A stretch of DNA of 64,000 nucleotides. It comes from Selaginella moellendorffii (Eukaryota; Plantae; Lycopodiophyta). Both the position numbers and the translations under genes were made by a program. The notes beneath the pieces were generated by a model. That model saw nothing but the letters and a program-made list of their open reading frames with translations. It did not search any database and was not told the origin of the DNA. Numbering within the stretch: position 1 is the stretch's first letter; each line of letters begins with the position of its first letter. The stretch is taken from positions 3,099,407 to 3,163,406 of the forward strand of contig NW_003314267.1 of the NCBI RefSeq assembly GCF_000143415.4. The letters run 5' to 3'. This document shows positions 11,283 through 24,807 of this stretch, piece by piece.

Positions 11283-11941
11283 GCTTATAATGGCGTGTGC
11301 CCTCATGCCATTTACTTGATCACCAAATACCTTTTTCCCTTTGCACTAGTATATCTTAATACTGGTTTGAGAAACAGAATGGCATGTGCCCTTAGGCCTT
11401 TTACTAAATCACCTTTGAAAGAAATGCAAGCCTCTATGTCGTAAAAAAAAGGTACTAGAGAAATTCCTTAATAATATGAATGTTATTTAGTTTCATGAAA
11501 ATACACTAAGGGTCAAATGAGTTAAATGACTTCTCCAGACTAGCAATGCCTCTTGCTACACCTTCACAATTAGATTCGTTAGAAAAAGATAACATTGAAT
11601 AATATCTAAATGTTCTCACCATTAAGTTATATGTCTAGCTAATAGGAATGACGTTCATCTTGGAAAGCTCACCACACGCTCAATGAACAAACAAATAGTA
11701 TGTGCGTGCATGCCATCGCTCTTCTTTAGCTTCAGATTCGGCTTGTTCACCTTGACAATGAGATTTATTATACAACCAAATGGACTCAGTCTGGACACAA
11801 AGTCACCGCGCTAGTCACCATGCCTCAGATATGTCTAGCCCCTGGACAAAAAACATATAATTTCATGTCATTTTCAAATACTTGAAAATTTGTACCTAGT
11901 CCCATTTTACTGAATAAATCCCACTTTAACGAAATAGAGCT

Positions 11942-14900
11942 TGGTTAGTCATACACTATCAAGGTTTGAACAAGGTGACTGTTCGGAACTGTTATCTGCT
12001 GCCCCTGATCTCGGACCTATTGGAATGCTTTGGCAGTGCCCACTTTTTTACCAAGATCAACTTCTGTGGAGCATACAACCTGATCCGGATTTGGCCTGGC
12101 GATGAATGGAAGACTGTGTTCCGAACCTGCTATGGCCACTTCGAGTACACTGTCATACCGTTTGGCTTGACAAATGCTCCAACAGTTTTTCAACACATGG
12201 TGAATGAATTCTTTCGGGAGTTTCTTGATCAGATGGTGATTGTCTACCTCGACGACATCCTCATCTACTCAAAAACTCAGGAGGAGCACGACGAGTATGT
12301 GTGCAAGGTGCTGGTGAAGCTGCGGGAACACGGCCTATATGTGAAGCTTGAGAAGTGTTCCTTCGATCAGGAGTCTATGGAGTTCCTTGGGTACATTGTC
12401 ACTCCTGAGGGTATCACGATGGATCCTACCAAAGTCAAGACTATTCTCGAATGAGAGCCTCTACAATCAATGTCAAACATTCAAGTTTTCCTTGGCTTCA
12501 CCAACTTCTACCCCAAATTCATTACTCACTACTTTAACATTGTTCTTCCTCTCACGCATCTCACTCACAAGGATGTTCCTTTCTCTTGATTTGCTGCTGC
12601 CGAGTAGGCATTCAACACACTCAAGATGGCCTTCAATTCTACTCCCATCTTGATCCACGCTGATCCCTCATAACCTTTCTTCATCGAGATGGACGCCTCC
12701 GACTTTGCCATAAGTGCTGTACTGTCTCAACTCGGAGCGGATCAAGAATTTCATCCGGTCGCTTTCCATTCTCGGAAATTCTAGCCTACGGAGATCAATT
12801 ATGAAATCCATGACAAGGAGCTCCTTGCCATCATGGATTCCTTTGGAGAGTGGTGTCATTTCTTGGAGGGGGCAAGCCATCAAACAATGATCTGAACGGA
12901 TCACAAAAATTTTGAGTACTTTGCCACTTCCTGAGTTTTGAGCTGTCGTCAGGCAAGGTGGGCACAATTTCTGAGTCGGTTTGACTTTGTTATCAGGTAT
13001 AGACCTAAAAAGCTTTAGGGCCTTTCTGATGCTCTTTCAAGGTGCTCTTATCTCAGTCTCAGGCTTGGTAATCCTGCCTTTGATCAACAGGACCAGGTTA
13101 TCCTCGGTCCTAATCGGCTTCACGTTATGGCAATTTCCCTGGCCCCTTAGGGCTCCTCCTTGATGGATGTGATTAGAAAAAATCTTCAATCCGACGACCT
13201 CACCAATGACATTTTCCCCCATCTTCAGGCTGAACACCCAATGACTCCCGACTGCCAGCGATTTGATGAGTTCGAGTTTTTAGATGCCTTGTTGTACCAT
13301 GGGGAGCAGCTTTACGTTCTTGAAGGTGATGCTCAAAGGTTGGTCCTGATGGCGTGCCACAATAGCCTAACTGTTGGTCACTTCGGCATAGCAAAAACCT
13401 ATGAGCTAGTTGCACGGGACTTTTAGTGGCCCCACATGGATGACTACATCAAAGCTTTTGTTACCTTTTGTGACACTTGTGCCTAGAATAAGGTACCTCA
13501 CCACCTTCCTTTAGGTTTGCTTTGTTCCCTCTCAGTCCCTTCAGGTCCTAAGGAATCCATCTCCATAGATTTCTTGAGTGATCTTCCGAGTTCTAGAGGC
13601 TTCAACAGCATTTTAGTTGTGGTGGATCGCTTCACAAAGATGGCACACTTCCTGCCGTGTACTAGGAATTTTCGGGTGAGGACATGGCAAAATTGGTATT
13701 CAGGGAAATTTTCCGACTTCATGGGATTCCTGTAGATGTGGTTTCGGATTGGGGACCTCAGTTCATCTCTCATTTTTGGCAACAGTTCTTGCAATTGCTT
13801 GGAGTGAAGGCCAACCTTTCTTTGGCATATCATCCTCAAACTAATGAACAGTCCGAGCCAACGATTCAAACGTTGGAACAATTCCTGAGGTGTTTCATCA
13901 ACTATCATCAGGATGACTTGTTCGATATCCTTCCCCTTGCTGAGTTCTCCTATAACAACTCTGTTCATTCCTCCTTTCGAGTTTCTCCCTTCTTTGCAAA
14001 CTCTGGCCAAAATTCTCGATTCAATTTCTCACTTCCTTCTCCATCTGAATCCTCTCATTCAAATCCCTGCTCTGAGGCATTTGTCTCCAACCTCCAAGAA
14101 ATCCACAACTCTATCTCCTTCCATCTTCATCATGCTCAGGAATCTCACAAAACATTCACCAATGTCCATCATTAGGATTGTCCCCCTTACAATATCGGGG
14201 ATAAAGTCTGGCTCCTCAGGCAAAATATCTTCACCACCAGGCCATGTCCCCAACTCGATTTCAAACGCCTCAATCCTTTCCTTATCATTGCCATCATTAA
14301 TCCTGTCACTTATCACCTTGCACTTCCCTCCTCATATCAAATTCACCCCGTTTTTCACTCATCTCTCCTTGAGCCTTATATTCCTATCTCTATTCCAAAT
14401 CGGGTCCCCCAGTGCAGCTCGAGGATGGGTCTGAGTACAAGGTTCAGGACATCCTTGATTCCAAGATCTCATGGTCTAAACTCTATTATCTGGTAGACTA
14501 GAAGCGTTACGAACCTAAAGAATGCACTTGGGAACCTACAGACATCCTAATTCATTCTCCTGACTTTGTTCAGGACTTCCACCGCCGCTATCCTTCTCAT
14601 CCCAGTCCTCATTCTTTTCATTCTCCTTCTCCTGTCCCTCGCTGCCCATCTCATCCTCCTCTTCGTTCTCATTCACATCGTCGTTCCACTTGTTCTTGAG
14701 GAGGGGGTGCTGTCAGGAATCCCCCAATTCTTGCCACATTCCTGACTCTTGCCGGATTCCTAACCTACAGACCATATTCCTAACTCTCGAGACACTTCCT
14801 TATTCCTGACTCTCTGATTTCCCGTAGAATTCCTAAGTCTCAAACCACATTCTTGATGATGACGTGGTGCCTCCTCGACATCAGCTATATTTAGGCCGTC

Positions 14901-15070
14901 CTTGATCCAAGAGTGGTGGAGTTTCATCAACTTATAGTATATATAGGTTAGCCTTGTTCCATTTTCCACAATTTGAATTAACACCAGTCTAAGGCATCTT
15001 TTTCGTTTCCACTAGCTTTTCTCTTTGTCTTTTACATTTTCCAGTCTTGATTTTGTTGGGGGTCTTGACA
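11942..15070 (+). mobile_element. Ty3/gypsy chromovirus family B (Tcn1/Tf1-like), 5'-truncated: RT-RH-INT-chromodomain, PPT and 3' LTR
   Basis: YLDD RT, RNase H ([10 protein letters not shown]), integrase and chromodomain ([19 protein letters not shown]) with many stops. PPT GAGGAGGGGG. LTR 14711-15070, TGTCAGG...CTTGACA. Confidence 0.92.
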
Positions 15071-18000
15071 CTACAAAGATTTGGACCATTCAAAATGTGG
15101 TTCATGAGCTGCGAGCCCTTAATTGAAATCAGCAAAAAATGCAAGATGAGATGCATGGCATGATGGATACCATGCATGGGCATATTGAGGTATTCGAGGC
15201 TGGACATTGTAGTGCTCCAAGTAAGTCAGATACTAAAAAGTTGCAAACTTTGCAGCGTGAGGATGACGGGGACGACCATTTCGGTCGGAGGAAGAGGCTT
15301 TTGGTTGTTGCTTATCAACTCAACTGTGTGTGGAACAAGATGGAGCTCGAGGATACTCGTGAATCAGCTTTAATACTAGAGGGCATGTTCCGTGGCGATC
15401 TAGTGCGGATTTTACTGGATAGTTGGAGCAATAACAACTTTGTTTTGGCAAAGTTTGTTGTGGAGCAGGCTGGAAGTGTTGGTTAGCAAAACCATACTTG
15501 TAGAGACTTTTTATCTTGTGGATATCCATCGTGTGGATCTCATTCTTAGGATGCCATGATTGGTGAAAGTGGATCCAGAGATAAAGTGCAGTATTAAGCG
15601 TGTCTCGCTAGAGTATGGTGGCGTTAAAGATGTGTGGTTTGGAGAAGGTGTTCAACCACCACTTGTTATGCTCTCTGCTACATCTTTGATGCGGGCTTGT
15701 TATAATAGAAAAACACTTTCAAGTTACTTGCTATTTGTTTGTGACTTAAGGGACCAAGGCACGTGTGGGGGAGAAGCAGTAATATGGGATGTACTTGATG
15801 AGTTTTTTGATGTTTTTTCATCTGAACTTCCTCATGGGTTGCCTCCATTATGAGGTGTGGAGCATGGGATTACATTGGAGCTGGGGATGCAGCCAATTTA
15901 CCAACATCCATTTCGGTTAAGTTATGCAAAGGAGCAAGAAGTTCAACGACAAGTCAAGGAGTTATTTAAATTTGGATTTATTCAGCCAAGTAAGTCTCTG
16001 TTTGGTGCTCTGGTCTTGCTTGTGAAGAAGAAGGACGGTTCAATATAGATGTGTATTGACTACCATGCTTTGAACAAGAAGACAGTGAAGGATAAGATGT
16101 TGATGCCACGTGTAGATGATATCCTAGACAAGCTTGGTGAAGCACGAGTGTTTACTAAGATTGATTTGAGGAGTGGATATCATCAGATTGTAATGGATGA
16201 TACATCTATCTCCAAGATGGCATTCAACACAAACTTTGAACATTTTGAGTTTACAGTTATACCATTTGGTTTGACGAATGCACCAGCCACATTTACTTAG
16301 TTGATGACAGAGGTATTTAGGTGTTATCTTCACGAGTTTGTAGAGATTTTCTTGGACGATATTCTTGTTTTTAGCAAGAATATGGAGGAGCATAAGGTGC
16401 ATTTGCACAAGGTTCTTTTGTTACTTTGAGATAACAAACTTTATGTGAAGAAGGGCAAATATGAATTTGCAAAGTCGGAGGTGGAATATTTAGGCCATAT
16501 TGTGACATCTAAGGGTGTCAAGACGGATCTAAGGAAGGTGGTTATGGTGGAAAATTGGCCTACACCAAATACAGTGTCCAAGTTGTATAATTTTCTTGGT
16601 ATGGCTAGTTACTACCGACGTTTCTAGCATAAGTTTGCAAAGGTAACTATTCCTTTGATATGGTTGTTACTCAAGAATGTGTCATTCAAGTGGAAGAAGC
16701 CACAAAAGGAGAGTTTTGTGGTGCTGAAATGATTGTTGAGTGAGACTCTAGTGCTTCGCATTGCTGATCCATCAAAACCTTACAAGGTGACATGTGATGC
16801 GAGTGGTTATGCACTGGGAGGAGTTCTCATGCAAGAGGGACAGCCTATTCCATATGAGAGTCGAACTTTGAATTCCATAGAGCAATGCTATTCCACATAT
16901 GAGCAAGAGTTACTCTCTATTGTTCATGCTTTGCAAACATAGTAGCACTATCTTTATGGTGTAGTGTTTGTAGTGTTGACAGATCATAAACCACTTGTGT
17001 ATCTTTTCACACAGATGGAGTTGAACACTAGGCAAGCTCGTTGGATGGTCAAACTCATAGAGTTTGGGGAGTTTTCTATTAAACATCATCAGGGAAAATC
17101 AAATATGGTGGCAGATGCTTTATCTCATGTTCGTCATGCGACAAAGTTACAAACACGATTTTGTCATCATTTAATTAAGGTGGTCAATGAGTTTGGGCAG
17201 TTGGTTGTGCGTGCTTATGCTCAGGATGCTAAGATGGCCTCTTTGCAAGACCAAATGAAAGCCCTTTTCTCATTGGTGGATGGGATTTTCTACTATAATG
17301 GCCATGTATATTTGCTATGGGTGGATGCGTTAATTACTAAGTTTTATTCCACTATCATGATCGTTCAAAAGCCAATCATTTTGGGGGGAAGAAGACATAT
17401 GAGTTGATTAAGTGCAATTTTTTTATTGCAAGAATATGAAGGCTGATATCCTCAAGTATTATAAATCATGTGAGCTCTGTCAGAGGTTAAGGTGCCATGG
17501 GAGAAGCCAGAGGGACTTTTGCAACCTTTACCTATTCCTCAGAGCTGTTGGTGTAGTATCTCTATGAACTTCATCACTTATTTGCCATGAATATAGAGGC
17601 AAAAGGAGCAAGTATGGGTCACAATGGATTGGTTGATGAAGTATGTGCAGTTGTTGGCTCTTTGGAAGACTGTCACTACCTCAGACTTGGCTATGGTTTA
17701 CTTGGAGAAGGTTTTTCCTGATTTTGGTTTGCCAGAGGACATCATTAGTGAGCAAGATTCAAAGTTCATCAGTGGATTTTGGAAAAGCTTTGCAAAGTCT
17801 ATGCAAGTGACTTTGAAACTCTCGAGTGGAAATCATCCTCAAACAGATGGGCAAACTGAGCATGTGAATCAAGTGGTGGAGGATATGCTACATTGTAGCA
17901 TTAGTCAAAAGTAAAGATAGTGGGATCTATATCTTCCATTAGTGAAATTTGCTTATAACAATAACCAACATAGTGGAACCAAGCTAAGTCTTTAGTTTGC

Positions 18001-18742
18001 TATGTTTGGAAGGCATCCCCGAACAACGGTGGAGTTGAGATTGCATTTGAGTAAGGACATTCAAGATAAGTTTGATTTCAAGGCAATTGATCTGGCCATA
18101 AAACTTGATGAAATTCTAGTGGTGTGCAAACAGAATTTGCAGACAGCTTAGGATAGAGTGGAGAAGTTTGCTAATGAATATCGCCAATTCCAGAAATATA
18201 AGGTGGATAATCTCGTCTTCATGCGAGTGATCTTTTCGTCAAGTGAGCAGTAGAACACCTTAGTGCCTTTACAGACAGAGAAGAGTGATAAACTTTCCCA
18301 TCGATATGCTGGTCCATATGAAGTGCTGGAGCGCATTGGTAAAGTGGCTTATCGGGTGCAATTGCTAGCTGGGGTGAAAATTCATCCAATATTTTATGTC
18401 AGTCAGTTGAAAGGTGTACTATCTCAGAGTGACGGGCCCAATGCCTCCTTGATGTATATGCCTGTGGAAGGTGGACCAAGAACTTGAGTAGGGTTCCCCA
18501 GAAAGGGTGATCATTGGTACAACTCGTCCTTGGGACAAGGACTTTGTTGGGGGGGAAGAATTGTTAGGTGTCAGCTTTGACCACGTGGTCAACATCAGTC
18601 AAAGGGAGGCTCAAGGGTATATTAAGGCATGTTAGGGTATTAACCTACCCTAGGGCTCACAGTGGAGTAGCGGCGCAGTGGAGCTTTTGAGGTAGCTCTA
18701 GGGTGGTTGGGGTGGTGAGGAACCTCAAGAGGGGGTGTAGTA
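15071..18742 (+). mobile_element. Ty3/gypsy family D, decayed gag-pol with a partial 3' LTR
   Basis: LLDS protease, KIDLRSGYHQI/FLDD RT, VTCDASG RNase H, HPQTDGQTE integrase, GPY module. PPT at ~18549-18560. LTR starts TGTTAGG at 18562. Confidence 0.9.
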
Positions 18743-19499
18743 GAGATCTTGCATCGATAATGCTTCAAGAGTGGAGTCAATAGCTTGTGGCGGTGGCGTG
18801 AGAACAAAATCATTTTGCCCAATCAAGAGTGCACTCAACCTAGTAGGCAGCGACAATGGCGTTTCCTCTTGCGCAGTTCTAGGTGGTGTTTGAGCTGCCG
18901 TACATCGCTTCAGAGCTAAGCCTGGAGTGTTGGTGCATCTTGGTGAAGGCGTAGGGGTAGAGTGAGTGAGAGGGAAAGAGTGAGAGAGAAAAAGAAACTC
19001 CCAAATTACCTAAGTTACCCTATTTTACTGTGTTAGCATTAAGCTTTGTCCTCTTGCCTTTGTATGCAAACGTATTGTGGAAATTTTTTTTCCTTGTTGA
19101 TCTCTATTCATTAATCCTTGTGATTTGTTGGCAAAGTTTATAGAATAGGGCAAGAAAAATGTTGACATTACTTTTAGAGTATTTGCCCCTTCTTTTCTTT
19201 TCCTCTAAGTATTGCATTGCTTAGAAAAAATTTCTATAAGCCATATTAGCAAGATTTTGAGGGAAAGCCTGCTCCAAAGAAAGAAATATCTATTTAACAC
19301 ATCCCTTGATTTCTTTTCGTGGAACTTCCCCATCAAAGAAAACACTCAGATAAATGAGGATTTCTCTAATGGACATGTATTTTCTCTTTGTTTTGAATGA
19401 ACAGATATATGTTTGAGCTTACTAAGAAAAGATTATTCCTTCTATCCAATTCCACTGATCTAACTCTATAGGGAGATAGAACAGCTTAGAAATAAAATC

Positions 19500-22400
19500 C
19501 TAAGTGATCTTAATATCCCTTCTATCCATTTTAAAAGCCAGTTTTACCCATAATTGAAGAACCAATTTATCTTCCTATGGTTATATAAAGTTTGATGTCA
19601 CTTTAGGTAGTTAATCACAATGAATCCCTATACCCTAAAATATAAATAATATTTATGTTTATATCTTCATGGTACTTCCTTAAACGGTTTAAATTTACTA
19701 TTGCAGTATCATCCTTATTTAAGGTGTGCACTTCAGCCCTTCCTAGAGCTAATATCTTAGACAAAATAAATGGACTATTTCATTCTCTCTTGAATTTGTT
19801 TCCAAGAGTATTTATTTTGTTTTGATACTAAAGGACCTTATTTTTTGGCTTAAGAGATTTTTAATTGTTTATCATGTCTAACTTTTTTGGTTTTTTGAAT
19901 TCCATATAATTGCTCTAAGCTTAAGCTCATCTAAGTTTTTATTTTAGCAAGTCTTTGCTTAAAAGTTAAGCCATGTTTAATTGCAATACGCCAAGAGGGA
20001 ATTAGAAATTTTATAAGCGTTAAAGTTTTTTAGCTATAGGTAAAACAAAATGATATCATGGCTATGGATATTTTATATGCAGTCCTATAAGCCCATAAAG
20101 CATTTAAAATTTTCTCATCCCAGTCTTTTTGATTATCCTTTACAATTTTTTTCAAGATATTTTTAAGCATTTTGTTAGTAGATTCAATTTGACTATTCTC
20201 TTGCATGTAACATGGTATGGACTTTTTGTGTTTAAGGATGAAGTCTTGTATAAGATGAAATGGGTGCCTTTATCTATAATGATCTTTTTAGGCAAACCAA
20301 ATCTTACAATGATGTTTTTATAAATGAATTTGGCAATATTAGTTGTTGAGGCTTATTTCATAAGCATAGCTTTTACGCATTTAGTCATATAATCAGTGGC
20401 GACTAAAATGTATTTGTTCCTTTTACTGCTTGTCACCATAGGACTTACAAAATCCAACCTTTATTTATGAAATGCTTCATATGGATAAGTAAAATTTAGT
20501 TCATGGATTTGTTTTTTAGATAGTAGTTTATACCTTTGGTAAATATCACAATTTTTATAGAAAATTGCTATATCTTTCCAAAGCATAAACCACCACAACC
20601 CTACTTATAAGACTTTCTTAGCAGTGATTTCGTTTGCAAAATGGTCTCTTGATAGCCATAAATGAGCTTTTTTTAAGATTTCATTTTTTTCTTCTTTCCT
20701 ATTAACATATCTCCTTAGTGTTCCATGGATGCCTAATTTATATAGGCGCTCCCATACGACAGAGTAAGATCATGTCCTCAAGACAAGTAACTTCTTTTTC
20801 TTTAATAAGTTATAGTGGGATGGAATTGTGCCCATAGAAAGATAGATTTATATATCTTCCAACTACGTGGTGAGCATAAAGATTGCAAATGAGTGAGCAT
20901 CTAAGAGTTCATTTACCTTAGTATTATGTGACTATTTTGTAGTGATGTAGCTTAGGTAATCGGCTTGTTCATAGAATTTTCCAAGTCTATGTATTATTTC
21001 AAGATTATATTCTTGTAATAGTAAAAACCATCTAGTTAATTAAGCAGATATGCACAACTTTTTGATAAAATATAAAAAAGCCTTATGGTCAGCAAAGACA
21101 ATTACTTTGTTACCAAAAGATAATGCCTAAATTTTTGTAAAGTGTAAACTATGCGTAAAGCTTCTTTTTCAATCATTATATAGTTATGCTCACCAGGATT
21201 TAAGTATTTGTTGGCATAGTAGATAGGATGATTTTTTATATCACCTTTTATCTAGGATAATTTTACGCTTGTGGCAATATCAAAAGTATCTACATATAAG
21301 TGAAACTCCTTTGTCTAATCAGGCTTAAAAAGTATAGATGCCTCTTTGAGGCATTATTTAAACCTTAAGAATGCTTCTTAAATATTTTCGTTCCATATAA
21401 ATAAAGTATCTTTATTTAAAAAATCAGTAAGTGGTTACGCAATCTTAGCATAAGCTTTATAGATTGCCTATGATAGCTAACTTTACCTAAAAAGCAACAA
21501 AAACTTTTTAAGTCATGTGGTGAAAACATTGTCTTAATTACTTAAGTTTTATTTTTGTCTACAAGGATGCCTTCTTTATATACAATATGACCTAGAATTT
21601 ATAAATTTATATTCCCAAATTTATAAAAATTTATAAAAAATTTTAAAAATTTATAATAAAATTACATTTCTCTGGATTAAAGAAATGTTATATTCTCTAT
21701 ATTTTTGAAAACATTTTTGCAAGTAAATTATTTCATTTTGGAGTTGAGGACACTAAAATCATTCATGAAAACTCTCATGAAATTAGTGAAATATTCTCTA
21801 AAAGTGTTCATAATAACTCTTTGAAATATAAAAGAAACATTGCATAAGCTAGAAGGCATTTTACAATAGATATAAGTTCCCCATAGGCTTATAAAACGCC
21901 ATTTTATATTGATTTTTAAGTGTTACTTTCATTTGGTTATAGCTATAAAATCCATCTAAAAATGAATACATCTCATGATCTGCTACTGAATCCAAAATTT
22001 TGTTTGTGAAGGGAATAGGGAACATATCCTTTTTAATTGCATCATTTAGCTTTTTGTAATTCACACAAACTCATAATTTTCCATTTTTCTTAGACACAAT
22101 TACAAGTGGTGAAAGCCATTGAATATTCTGGATTGGATAAATAAATCCTACCTGGGACTTTATTTTGGTAATTAGGATTCATTCTATAGGGCATTTGCAT
22201 TTTTGGCATATTTCCCGAGAGTATCTCAATATAGCGCATACAGAGTTTTGGTGAAATGCTTTTTAAATTTGTGTAAGACTAAGCAAAAATGTCTTTGTAA
22301 TCTTTTAGTAGATTTATGGTTTGATTGCAAAATGAATTTTGCAATTCTTAAGCAATTGTGATAATATAAGGATTATTCTCATTTGTTAAATTGATTTGCT

Positions 22401-23200
22401 CAAGTGGTTGATCAGAAGAAACATGCAAAACATAGTTTTTCTATTGATCAATTTTATAAACAAAATCCTGCTTTAGGGAGAAATCTCTTATAATTGAACT
22501 AACACCATACCCGACCTACCCACTATCCAGTTCCGTCACTCCTTGGCTCCAAGTTTGGGAGTTTGGCACTGTTCCTTCATTTAGTAGCCCAAGGCCCTGA
22601 ACCTCGAGTTCCATACCACTGTCCTTTGGACACGTGACATATGACATGTGGCATCTGTCACGTGGCATAAAGCAGGGTTTATAAGCAAAATGTATCTTCT
22701 GATATGTGTGGTGGATTGCTAGTAAACTTTTTTATTTTATTTACCCCAATTCCCCTATTGAACTTTTATAAAGACAATGGAGGGTTGTCATTCTTTAATC
22801 TCTCCACATAGGTGCATAGGAAATCCTTCCCTTTCTACCTATGCTTAGTGTGGTTAAGATTAATTTATTGCAAGGTATATAATATATGATAGTCAATTCC
22901 CAAATAATTCATCTACTTCACATTGGGTCTTACCCTTTGACTTATATCCAACTTTGCCTTTATAACTATGAATTAAAAAGAGTGGCTTATCGCTCTTGGT
23001 AAATTTTAGGCAAACCTTTTTTAAATGGATCAATATTAGAGATTAATTTGAACGGGGCGTGGAAACCATTCTATGAAATTGCATTATGGAATCAACGCAA
23101 GAATTAAATTTTCTAGTGCATAATAGTATATTTTAAATCAATTTGCTTGTGGAATGACGTTAAGTAGCTTTTCAAACATGTGATAGCTAATTCGTGGAAG
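19500..23200 (-). mobile_element. Heavily decayed AT-rich non-chromovirus Ty3/gypsy (Athila/Tat-like) pol
   Basis: ORF 21861-22064 NYKKLNDAIKKDMFPIPF..YSFLDGFYSYNQ. Integrase-like NKYILVATDYMTK near 20400. Boundaries approximate. Confidence 0.75.
22535..22681 (-). repeat. Fragment of family C repeat
   Basis: Reverse complement matches ~3505-3650. Confidence 0.7.
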
Positions 23201-24807
23201 ACTTTACTTCAAATTTAGACAAAATTTATTTTTCATAATCTTAACACTTTCATGTATTATAAAACTTGTTATTTGTTGGTCATTTTTTGTCTTTCTCTAA
23301 ATACCTACTTTTTTTATTATTTCATATCCATTCCTTAAGTGGGGTTTTATTCCTGCTCTTAACTTTTTGAGTTGGAGATTTTGGTCTAAATATGTTATAC
23401 TTGTTAGACTTCTACTTCAGCCACTACCACATGGCCCATCTTCAATTTTATTTTGGGATCTAGGAATTATTTTCTTACAGGTGATAAAATATATATTTGG
23501 GTGATTTTTCCATCCAGATTTCTATTACTTCTTTACAGAAGGGAAGCAATGATAAGCTGGGCCATTTGAGATTATTGAGAAAATCAATAATGTGGTTTAT
23601 AAGTTTAAGCTTTCAACATATATGTAAATACATCTAATTTTTAATGTAATTCAACTCAAGACTTTGTTCGCAATGAGAAATAGATTGATCTAGATAAAGT
23701 TTTACAAAAGGTTGAAGAGGAATATAAACAAGTAACCTAGGGCTTCCTGCCAAAAATGACATTGTAATTAAGAAAAGTGTATGTATACTATTATTTTGTT
23801 ATGCTATTGTCTTTTAGAGGGAAGAATAATGAGCCCAAGAATATTTAAAAGAATATTTTATAATAGTTACAAAATATTCTTGGATAAGAAGTTAATTTGT
23901 AACCAAAGATAGCTACAGCATGGATTGGGATTTAGTGATTATTTTTAGAGATCAATAGAATCTAGATTCTTGAAAGAGGCTTAAAGTTAAGCCATATCAG
24001 TTAGGTGGTGAATATTGTACACTAATGGAGCACCTAAGAGATCCAATGGCTATCCCATTGGTTTTTACAGTGTTCAATGAGTTAGAGCATGTGATCCTAC
24101 TGTTAAAAAGAGGAGATGACATGGGTATATATATGTGGCATGAAGCATGTGCCATGCCTTTATGCAAATATTATAATGCACACAATCACATTTCCATTGT
24201 TATTATACCAATCAAGATGTGATTGTAATATTTTGTGCAATTGAAACAAAAATATATTCACAAATGTGTAAATAAAAAATGCACCCGTTTATAATCGCAT
24301 ATTCATTACCATATTTTAAGAAAAGCTATTCTCTCAGCTTTTGGCCTTATTCTCTCTCAATGGCTCCCTCTTGCTCTATACTTTTTTTTCTAGTGGTGGA
24401 TTGCTAGCTTTGGGTACTAAACTCTCTCATGTCCAGCATTTAAGCTCCCTTTCTCTTAACAAAATGTCCATCAAAATTCCAAAATTGATGCCACAGGGAA
24501 TCTAACACCAACAGATCCATTTCTGCTACTGGGATCGATCATTTCAAGAGCTCGATCTGGTATTTGTTAAAATCTATGGTACGGAAAAAGTGGTAGGGCA
24601 GAGAAGGAATAAGGCCCCACGAGGAAAAATCCTACTTGGTACTTGCATGTGTTTTTTTTTTTAGAAAAAAATTAAGATCTGCTCAGGAAATGATCTGGTC
24701 TATATACATTCTAGGCGAGCTATAGTTCTGTCCCTATTTCGTTTTGAGGTGTCTGAGTCCTTTGATTTTATTCTTACACATTTTATGGATTATTTAAATC
24801 TAAAGGC

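Larger units (their letters stand above)
4525..11716. repeat. Dispersed 22-bp palindrome ATGGCRTG-N6-CAYGCCAT, about 18 copies
   Basis: Copies, several degenerate, start at 4786, 5860, 5935, 7171, 7326, 7462, 7720, 7855, 7951, 8056, 8197, 10384, 10530, 10690, 10770, 11290, 11379 and 11695. Half sites lie at ~4538, ~4833 and 10883. Confidence 0.9.
4435..11937. mobile_element. TIR DNA transposon, Sola-like, internally deleted
   Basis: Inverted termini AAGCTCTATTTTGTTAAAGTGGGAATT (from 4430) and AATCCCACTTTAACGAAATAGAGCTT (to 11942). Palindromic AGCT on both sides (4431-4434, 11938-11941) is either a 4-bp TSD or the TIR tip. Encloses a transposase fragment and a motif family not seen outside it. 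Confidence 0.85.
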
